Source: Pelagibacteraceae bacterium AG-333-C14 (lineage in GTDB: Bacteria; Pseudomonadota; Alphaproteobacteria; Pelagibacterales; AG-422-B15). Taken from it: 64,000 nucleotides of DNA. A model generated the notes under the pieces. That model did no database searches and was not told the origin of the DNA. It was given only the letters and a program-made list of their open reading frames with translations. The stretch covers positions 90,852-154,851 of the forward strand of contig QBZD01000002.1 in NCBI GenBank assembly GCA_003282485.1, in the 5' to 3' direction. The position numbers were made by a program, and so were the translations under genes. This document shows positions 57,402 through 64,000 of the stretch, in pieces (position 1 is the first letter of the stretch; each line of letters opens with the position of its first letter).

Positions 57402-58730
57402 ATGACAACAGTAACAAGGTTTGCACCAAGTCCAACAGGTTTATTGCATCTTGGAAACATTAGAACAGCATTAATTAATTGGCTGTATGCACGTACCAAC
57501 AATGGGAAATTCATTTTAAGAATTGATGATACTGATTTAGAACGATCAAAAGATGAATATATTTCTCAGATCAAATATGATCTTGATTGGCTGGGCATTG
57601 ATTTTGACGAAACGTTCAATCAATCGTCTCGTTTCGACAGATACAGGGAGCAATTCGATAAATTAAAAGCTGATGGCAGAATTTACCCTTGCTATGAAAC
57701 ACCCGAAGAACTTGAAAGAAAAAGAAAATTGCTCATCGCAGCAGGTGGCAAGCAAGTGTACGACCGGTCTGCAATGGAATTAACAGATCAACAAAAGAAA
57801 GACTACGAAGCAGAAGGAAGAAAACCCCATTGGAGATTCTTATTAAAAACTGAACGTATGAAATGGGATGATTTACTTAAAGGTGAAATAGACATAGACC
57901 TCACTAGTTTGTCTGACCCTGTTTTGTTTAGAGAGGACGGCGTTCCTTTATATACTTTTAGTTCAGCTGTGGATGATATTGACTACGGTATAACCAACGT
58001 AATTAGAGGAGATGATCATACGAGCAATACGGCTGTTCAAGTAGAAATTATTAATGCGTTGGATCAAAATAAAATAACCTTTGCTCATCACGCCTTACTA
58101 AAAGCATCAAGTGGAGATAAATTATCAAAACGAGACAATGTCATATCTATTAGTAGTTTCAGGGAGGCGAACATGGAGCCCATATCAATACTAAGTTTAT
58201 TGGCGACCATCGGCACGTCTAATTCTATCGAATTAAAAGATAATATAGATCAAATAAAAAGTGAATTTAAATTGAGTACAATTTCAACGTCACCTGGTCG
58301 AATTGAAATTGATGTATTGAATGCTCTCAATAAAAAAAAGGTTCAAAAATACAATTTTAGCGAGATCGAAGAGAGATTAAAAAAGATTGATGAAAAAATT
58401 GATCAAAAGTTTTGGGAAACAATCAGAGGCAATCTGAATGTAGTTGAAGATATAAAACAATGGACGGACATTGTATTTAATAGTGAGACCATTAAGCCTT
58501 CTGATAAAGATTATATTAAGATTGCAATGGAATTGATCCCTGATGATCCATGGAATGATGAAACATGGGGACTATGGACTTCGGCCATAAAAGAGAAAAC
58601 TGGCAGAAAAGGAAAAGAGTTATTCTTGCCTCTTAGAGAAGCCTTTACAGGACTTAATCATGGTCCAGAAATGAAACTACTTATTCAATTACTGGGCAGA
58701 GAAAAAATTATAGAAAGAGTTGAGTTATAA
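57402..58730 (+). CDS. gltX: Glutamyl-tRNA synthetase
   Basis: 442 aa. It reads RFAPSPTGLLHLGNIRTAL (HIGH-type) and KLSKR. The start abuts the nadE stop (TAAATG). Confidence 0.93.
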   Translation: MTTVTRFAPSPTGLLHLGNIRTALINWLYARTNNGKFILRIDDTDLERSKDEYISQIKYDLDWLGIDFDETFNQSSRFDRYREQFDKLKADGRIYPCYETPEELERKRKLLIAAGGKQVYDRSAMELTDQQKKDYEAEGRKPHWRFLLKTERMKWDDLLKGEIDIDLTSLSDPVLFREDGVPLYTFSSAVDDIDYGITNVIRGDDHTSNTAVQVEIINALDQNKITFAHHALLKASSGDKLSKRDNVISISSFREANMEPISILSLLATIGTSNSIELKDNIDQIKSEFKLSTISTSPGRIEIDVLNALNKKKVQKYNFSEIEERLKKIDEKIDQKFWETIRGNLNVVEDIKQWTDIVFNSETIKPSDKDYIKIAMELIPDDPWNDETWGLWTSAIKEKTGRKGKELFLPLREAFTGLNHGPEMKLLIQLLGREKIIERVEL

Positions 58731-60095
58731 ATGTCACTAAATTTATACGACACATTCTCAAACTCAAAAAAAAAGTTTGAACCAATTGATCTGAAAAATA
58801 TCAGAATGTATGTTTGTGGTCCCACAGTATACGACTATCCACACGTAGGAAACGCAAGACCTGTTATAGTTTTTGATATTTTATTTCGAATTCTTCAAAA
58901 CATATACGGTACTGAGCATGTAACATATGTGAGAAATATAACTGACGTTGACGATAAGATTATAAATGCCTCTCAAGAAAATAATGAAGACATCAATGAA
59001 TTAACTTCAAGAACTATTAATTATTTTCACGCTGATGCGAAATATATAGGAGCAATGGAACCCACCTTTGAGCCCAGAGCAACGGATCACATAGCTGAAA
59101 TGATCAATATTATTGAGACGTTAATTAAAAAAAATTATGCCTATGTTGCAGAGAATAACGTTCTTTTCTCATCTACTAAATTTTCTAAATACGGATCATT
59201 ATCAGGAAAAAACCTTGAAGAAATGATCGCTGGATCAAGAGTTGATATTGAAAGCTATAAGCAAGAAGCTTCAGATTTTATACTATGGAAGCCATCTAAA
59301 GATAACGAGCCTGGATGGGACAGTCCATGGGGCAAGGGAAGGCCTGGATGGCATATAGAGTGTTCAGCAATGAGTGAAAAATTATTAGGTAAAACATTTG
59401 ATATTCATGGTGGTGGGCAAGATTTAATTTTCCCACATCACGAAAATGAAATCGCTCAAAGTGAGTGTGCGAACGGAGAAAAATTTGCAAATTATTGGGT
59501 TCATAATGGCTTTGTCACAGTCGAAGGAAATAAAATGGCAAAATCTGATGGAAATTTTGTAACGGTGAATGAACTTAAAGAAAAATATCAAGGAGAGGTC
59601 ATTAGATTTACCATGATACTTACTCATTATCGTCAGCCATTGAATTGGACAAATGATAATCTGCAAGAAAGTAAAAAAACACTAGATAAGTGGTACCAAT
59701 ATTTTTCTGAAGTTGATTTTAAGCCTGACTTAAGCGTGAAGATTGATGAAAATGTAATGAACGCACTAAATGATGATATGAATACACCTCAGGCAATAGC
59801 TGAATTGCATAAATTATTCAAAAATTGTAAAAGTAATGATCACGATTCATTAAATAAATTTTTAATTTCGGCTCAATTTCTTGGATTGATGAATGATGAA
59901 CCTTCTCAATGGTTATCATGGGGTAAAGATAATATAAGCGTAGATCAAAATAAAATTGAGTCATTAATTGCTCAAAGAAACATTGCAAGAGCAAATAAAG
60001 ATTTTGCTGAAGCTGATAGAATTAGAGATGAGTTGGAAAATTTAGGAATAGTACTAGAAGATAAAGGCGCAGAAACCACATGGAAAACTAAATAA
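58731..60095 (+). CDS. cysS: Cysteinyl-tRNA synthetase
   Basis: 454 aa. It reads MYVCGPTVYDYPHVGNAR, WHIECS, GGGQDLIFPHHENE and KMAKS. Confidence 0.97.
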   Translation: MSLNLYDTFSNSKKKFEPIDLKNIRMYVCGPTVYDYPHVGNARPVIVFDILFRILQNIYGTEHVTYVRNITDVDDKIINASQENNEDINELTSRTINYFHADAKYIGAMEPTFEPRATDHIAEMINIIETLIKKNYAYVAENNVLFSSTKFSKYGSLSGKNLEEMIAGSRVDIESYKQEASDFILWKPSKDNEPGWDSPWGKGRPGWHIECSAMSEKLLGKTFDIHGGGQDLIFPHHENEIAQSECANGEKFANYWVHNGFVTVEGNKMAKSDGNFVTVNELKEKYQGEVIRFTMILTHYRQPLNWTNDNLQESKKTLDKWYQYFSEVDFKPDLSVKIDENVMNALNDDMNTPQAIAELHKLFKNCKSNDHDSLNKFLISAQFLGLMNDEPSQWLSWGKDNISVDQNKIESLIAQRNIARANKDFAEADRIRDELENLGIVLEDKGAETTWKTK

Positions 60096-61694
60096 ATGAA
60101 AGAAAAATTATTTATATTTGATACGACACTGAGAGACGGAGCGCAAACTTACGGCGTTGATTTTAACGTAGATGAGAAAAAAATTCTCGCATCAAAGCTT
60201 GATGCCTTAGGCGTTGATTATATTGAGGGTGGATGGCCTGGTGCAAATGAAACTGATACACAATTTTTCTCTAAAAAAATGGAATTTAAAAATTCTACGT
60301 TTACGGCTTTCGGCATGACCAAAAAGACAGGAAGGAGTGCTGAAAATGATCCTGGTTTAGCTGCCATGATTAACGTAAGTGCCCCGTCAGCCTGCGTAGT
60401 TGGTAAGTCTTGGGATTTTCATGTAGATTTAGCGTTAGGAATTTCCAATGATGAAAACTTAATAAATATTGCGGAGTCTGTTAACTTTTTATCAAGCAGC
60501 AAGAAGGAAGTTCATTTTGATGCTGAACATTTCTTTGATGGCTACAAAGCTAATCCTCAATATGCGATAAAGTGTTTAAAAGCAGCACAAGACAATGGAG
60601 CAAGGTGGATGGTTCTTTGTGATACCAACGGAGGCACATTACCCCATGAAGTAGAACAGATTGTTTCAGAAGTTGTAAAGGATATTCCAGGCGATCAACT
60701 TGGTATTCACGCACATAATGATACTGGAAATGCTGTAGCAAATTCATTAGCCGCAGTTCATGCTGGGGTCAGACAAGTACAAGGTACGATTAATGGACTT
60801 GGTGAACGATGCGGAAATGCTAATTTAATTACTCTTCTTCCTACTTTTGCTTTGAAGGATGAATATATCGATAAATTTGATTTATCCATTGATACTAAAA
60901 ATCTTGGTCAGTTAACGGAACTTTCAAGACTTTTAGATGAAATATTAAATCGTGTACCCAACAGAACAGCACCTTATGTAGGTTCGGCAGCATTTGCGCA
61001 TAAAGGAGGATTGCACGTTTCAGCAGTAAACAAAGATCCTAAAACTTATGAACATATCGATCCTGAGTTAGTGGGCAATCATCGTCAAATCATCATTTCA
61101 GAACAATCAGGAAAATCAAATATTCTTGCGCGATTAAAGTCTACCGGAATTCAGATCAATGAGGATGATGAAACTATACAAAAAATTCTTGATCGAGTGA
61201 AAGAACGTGAATTTATTGGATATTCTTACGATGGTGCAGATGCTTCATTTGAAATATTAGTGAAAAAGGTAATTTCTGAAATGCCCACTTATTTTGAAGT
61301 AGTTAATTTTAATGTGAACGTAAAAAATTCAGGTGGTGAAGGCAAAACAATATCAGATGCCGAAGTTAAATTAAAATTCGGCAAAGAAGAACTTATAGGT
61401 ACGGGACAAGGTGTAGGACCGGTTAATGCATTGGACAATGCTTTAAGGAATAACTTTCAATCAAGCGGTTATGCTGAATTGATCAAGGATTTATCTCTTA
61501 TCGACTATAAAGTGAGAATTTTAAACACAGGAACTGATGCGATTACCAGAGTATCAATTGAGAGTTCTGACAAAGATAAAAAGAGTTGGTACACAATAGG
61601 TGTTTCAGAAAACATCATAGAAGCTTCCTTTAGAGCATTGATTGATAGTGTTGAGTACAAATTGATGAAAGAAAAGGCTACGGTTCTTAGTTAG
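60096..61694 (+). CDS. cimA: (R)-citramalate synthase / 2-isopropylmalate synthase-related (LeuA_rel type)
   Basis: 532 aa. It reads DTTLRDGAQ, HAHNDTGNAVANSLAAV and GERCGNA, with a C-terminal LeuA dimerisation/regulatory-like domain. The length and N-terminus fit the CimA-type clade. Confidence 0.8.
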   Translation: MKEKLFIFDTTLRDGAQTYGVDFNVDEKKILASKLDALGVDYIEGGWPGANETDTQFFSKKMEFKNSTFTAFGMTKKTGRSAENDPGLAAMINVSAPSACVVGKSWDFHVDLALGISNDENLINIAESVNFLSSSKKEVHFDAEHFFDGYKANPQYAIKCLKAAQDNGARWMVLCDTNGGTLPHEVEQIVSEVVKDIPGDQLGIHAHNDTGNAVANSLAAVHAGVRQVQGTINGLGERCGNANLITLLPTFALKDEYIDKFDLSIDTKNLGQLTELSRLLDEILNRVPNRTAPYVGSAAFAHKGGLHVSAVNKDPKTYEHIDPELVGNHRQIIISEQSGKSNILARLKSTGIQINEDDETIQKILDRVKEREFIGYSYDGADASFEILVKKVISEMPTYFEVVNFNVNVKNSGGEGKTISDAEVKLKFGKEELIGTGQGVGPVNALDNALRNNFQSSGYAELIKDLSLIDYKVRILNTGTDAITRVSIESSDKDKKSWYTIGVSENIIEASFRALIDSVEYKLMKEKATVLS

Positions 61695-61697
61695 TAC

Positions 61698-62435
61698 ATG
61701 TCTTTAAATAATATTTCAATTATCCTGGTTGATACTCAACTTCCTGAAAATATAGGTTTGGTTGCGCGTTCCATGTATAATTTTGGTTTTTCTGACTTGA
61801 GGTTGGTCAAACCTAAATTAGATTGGCCATCAGAAAAGGCACATGCTGTATCGGTCGATGCCAAATCAATTATAGAAAGCGCAAAAGTTTACTCTACCTT
61901 AAGAGAGGCAATCAGTGATTCTACACTCTCCATTGCTTATACAGCTCGAAAACGTGATATGAGTAAACAGTTCACTGACAATAAATCTATCATTAAGGAA
62001 ATACATGATGAACGCAGCAATGATAAGTTAGCTGTTGTTTTTGGGGGCGAAGCATCTGGCTTGACCAATGACCATCTTTCTTTAGTGACAAGGTGTGTGA
62101 CGATTGATACGCATGAGAACTTTTCATCTTTGAATCTCTCACATGCCGTCAATGTATTTTGTTATTCGATATTTTCATTAATGTATGATGATGAAAAAGT
62201 AGTTGATGAGAATTCACTAACGCGCGGCAATCAAAATGAACTGATGCATTTTTTTGATCATATTGAAAAAGAGTTGGAAAACAGAGGTTTCTTTCAACCC
62301 GAAGAAAAAATGCCAAAAATGAAGCAAAATCTCAGGAATATCTTTCACCGGGCTGATCTCAGCGATAGGGAAATTGCAACACTGAGAGGAGTAGTCACGG
62401 TTCTGTCAGATTATAGGAAAACTGAGGAAATTTAG
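61698..62435 (+). CDS. SpoU/TrmH-family RNA 2'-O-methyltransferase (TrmJ/LasT-like)
   Basis: 245 aa. It reads [32 protein letters not shown] and LNLSHAV (SPOUT knot motifs). Confidence 0.8.
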   Translation: MSLNNISIILVDTQLPENIGLVARSMYNFGFSDLRLVKPKLDWPSEKAHAVSVDAKSIIESAKVYSTLREAISDSTLSIAYTARKRDMSKQFTDNKSIIKEIHDERSNDKLAVVFGGEASGLTNDHLSLVTRCVTIDTHENFSSLNLSHAVNVFCYSIFSLMYDDEKVVDENSLTRGNQNELMHFFDHIEKELENRGFFQPEEKMPKMKQNLRNIFHRADLSDREIATLRGVVTVLSDYRKTEEI

Positions 62436-62444
62436 TATTCTGGT

Positions 62445-62472
62445 TTGACAATATTCAGGAAAACAGTATAAA
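62445..62472 (+). promoter_or_regulatory. Candidate sigma-70-type promoter of rpsD
   Basis: TTGACA (62445-62450), a 16-nt spacer, then TATAAA (62467-62472), ending 16 nt upstream of the rpsD ATG. This implies a very short leader. Confidence 0.45.
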
Positions 62473-62488
62473 CCACGGATCACAATAT

Positions 62489-63106
62489 ATGACAAAACGA
62501 ATAGCACAAAAACACAAAATCGATAGACGTCTAAGTGTTAACCTATGGGGAAGACCCAAAAGCCCGTTTAATTTAAGAAAATACAGACCTGGCCAACATG
62601 GACAGAAGCATACTGGAAAACTATCTGACTATGGTGTTCAGTTGCACGCTAAGCAAAAATTAAAAGGCTATTATGGTAACCTAAATGAAAGACAATTCCG
62701 TAATTGTTATAAAGAGGCCATCAGACAAAAGGGTGACTCAGGAGAAAATTTAATTGCTCTTCTAGAAAGAAGATTAGACACGATTGTTTATCGTTCAAAG
62801 TTTGTCCCAACTGTTTTTGCAGCACGACAATTCATCAACCATGGTCATGTCAAAGTAAATGGTAAAAGAGTAAATATTTCAAGCTATCGTGTTACCGAAG
62901 GTGATGTCATTGAAGTTAAAGATAAGTCTAAAGAAATGGCGATTGTTGTTGAAGCAATGAAAAGTCAAGAGCGTGATATTCCAGGCTATATTACTGTTGA
63001 TGAAAAGAAATGTTCTTCAACATTTATTCGTACACCTCAGTTTGCTGAAGTTCCATATGCAACGCAGATGGATCCAAAACTAGTTATCGAGTATTATTCT
63101 CGATAA
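62489..63106 (+). CDS. rpsD: 30S ribosomal protein S4
   Basis: 205 aa. It reads [31 protein letters not shown] and an S4 RNA-binding domain ([24 protein letters not shown]). Confidence 0.98.
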   Translation: MTKRIAQKHKIDRRLSVNLWGRPKSPFNLRKYRPGQHGQKHTGKLSDYGVQLHAKQKLKGYYGNLNERQFRNCYKEAIRQKGDSGENLIALLERRLDTIVYRSKFVPTVFAARQFINHGHVKVNGKRVNISSYRVTEGDVIEVKDKSKEMAIVVEAMKSQERDIPGYITVDEKKCSSTFIRTPQFAEVPYATQMDPKLVIEYYSR

Positions 63107-63113
63107 ATCTCAA

Positions 63114-64000
63114 ATGAGTGCATCGCACTTTTTTTCAAAAGATTACTTTCAAGCACGAGATAGATTCATTAAGTCCATTAATGAACTGAAGGGTCAAGGT
63201 CACCAAGTTAGTCATGATGTACTTACTTTAGATTGCAAAGGACCTAATCAAGAAAATCTTTGCATCGATATTGCAACTATTGGGTCAATCGATAGCGATA
63301 ATCTATTACTATACAGTTCCGGCATTCATGGCGTTGAGGGATTTGCAGGTTCAGCTATTCAATTATCAGTTTTAGATCAACTCAAAAACGCCAATCCAAT
63401 TACTGATTATTGCATAGTTTTTGTTCATATCATTAATCCTTATGGCATGGCATGGCACAGAAGGGTAAATGAAAATAATGTTGATATGAACAGAAACTTT
63501 ATAAAGGATCATCAAGGCGAACCTGAAGGATATAAGAAAATTGATACTTTTTTAAATCCCAAAAGTGTTCCACCCAAATTAGATCTTATGTTTTTACCCC
63601 GGGGTATTAGTTTATTGTTGAAGTATGGGTTCACCAATGTGAAGCAATGGTTTGCACAGGGGCAATATACGAGACCACAGAGTTTACAATATGGCGGTGA
63701 TATACTTCAACAGGGACCTAAGATGATTTTGGATTGGCTGAAAAAAAATCTTAATAATGCAAAAAAGGTTTTTGGTATAGATTTACATACTGGATTAGGC
63801 AAATCAGGATATGACACCATACTTGTGCCTGATGATATCAAAGAAGATAAATATAATATACTGGTTTCACTTTTTGGTGACCATGTATCTCCACTTGATC
63901 CAACTCAAGGAGTGGGTTACCGAATAACAGGAGATATTCATTCTGGTATAGTAAAAGAATTTTCATCAATTGAGTGGTTAACAATCACCCAAGAGTTTGG
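63114..64000 (+). CDS. DUF2817 / M14 carboxypeptidase-like protein, partial (3' end beyond window)
   Basis: I translated from the ATG at 63114: MSASHFFSKDYFQARDRFI...LLLYSSGIHGVEGFAGSAIQ...NPYGMAWHRRVNENNVDMNRNF. These are the HxxE and NPYG...R..N.N..DLNRNF-type motifs of the DUF2817 zinc carboxypeptidase-like family. The frame is open to the window end. Confidence 0.7.
   Translation, partial: MSASHFFSKDYFQARDRFIKSINELKGQGHQVSHDVLTLDCKGPNQENLCIDIATIGSIDSDNLLLYSSGIHGVEGFAGSAIQLSVLDQLKNANPITDYCIVFVHIINPYGMAWHRRVNENNVDMNRNFIKDHQGEPEGYKKIDTFLNPKSVPPKLDLMFLPRGISLLLKYGFTNVKQWFAQGQYTRPQSLQYGGDILQQGPKMILDWLKKNLNNAKKVFGIDLHTGLGKSGYDTILVPDDIKEDKYNILVSLFGDHVSPLDPTQGVGYRITGDIHSGIVKEFSSIEWLTITQEF

Overview
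This window is a visibly AT-rich, very gene-dense chromosomal core region. Gene content points to a streamlined, SAR11/Pelagibacterales-like alphaproteobacterium: hisS-hisZ-hisG with a short-form HisG, plant-type gshA, a DUF3035/BamF-like lipoprotein after lspA, DUF2093 after xseA, and an lpxL-lpxK-waaA-DUF374-msbA block. I call about 60 protein genes, two of them truncated at the window edges. Almost all are housekeeping: four aminoacyl-tRNA synthetases, groESL, purD, ribF, glmUS, nadE, rpsD, rpoZ, lipid A/Kdo genes and rRNA/tRNA modification enzymes. There is also a scattered set of beta-oxidation-type enzymes: five acyl-CoA dehydrogenases, an MFE-2-like SDR and a crotonase. Spacers are mostly 0-60 nt, and many genes overlap or abut as TAAATG. 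By eye I found no rRNA, tRNA, IS/transposase, integrase, CRISPR array or recognisable defence genes, and no evidence for a large novel multi-gene system. The non-coding features I can support are: (1) a clear cobalamin riboswitch in front of a btuB-like TonB-dependent receptor and a small DUF6580/ECF-S-like membrane protein; (2) one GC-rich bidirectional terminator between hisG and groEL; (3) a candidate His-codon leader ORF upstream of hisS-hisZ-hisG; (4) candidate promoters for groESL and rpsD. The items most worth follow-up are the His leader, the minimal riboswitch-btuB-permease operon, a split ACAD10/11-type kinase plus dehydrogenase pair, two adjacent alpha/beta-like ACAD pairs, and long acidic disordered tails on RpoZ and on the lspA-coupled lipoprotein. 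All family assignments come from reading the translations against remembered family motifs. No database search was run.
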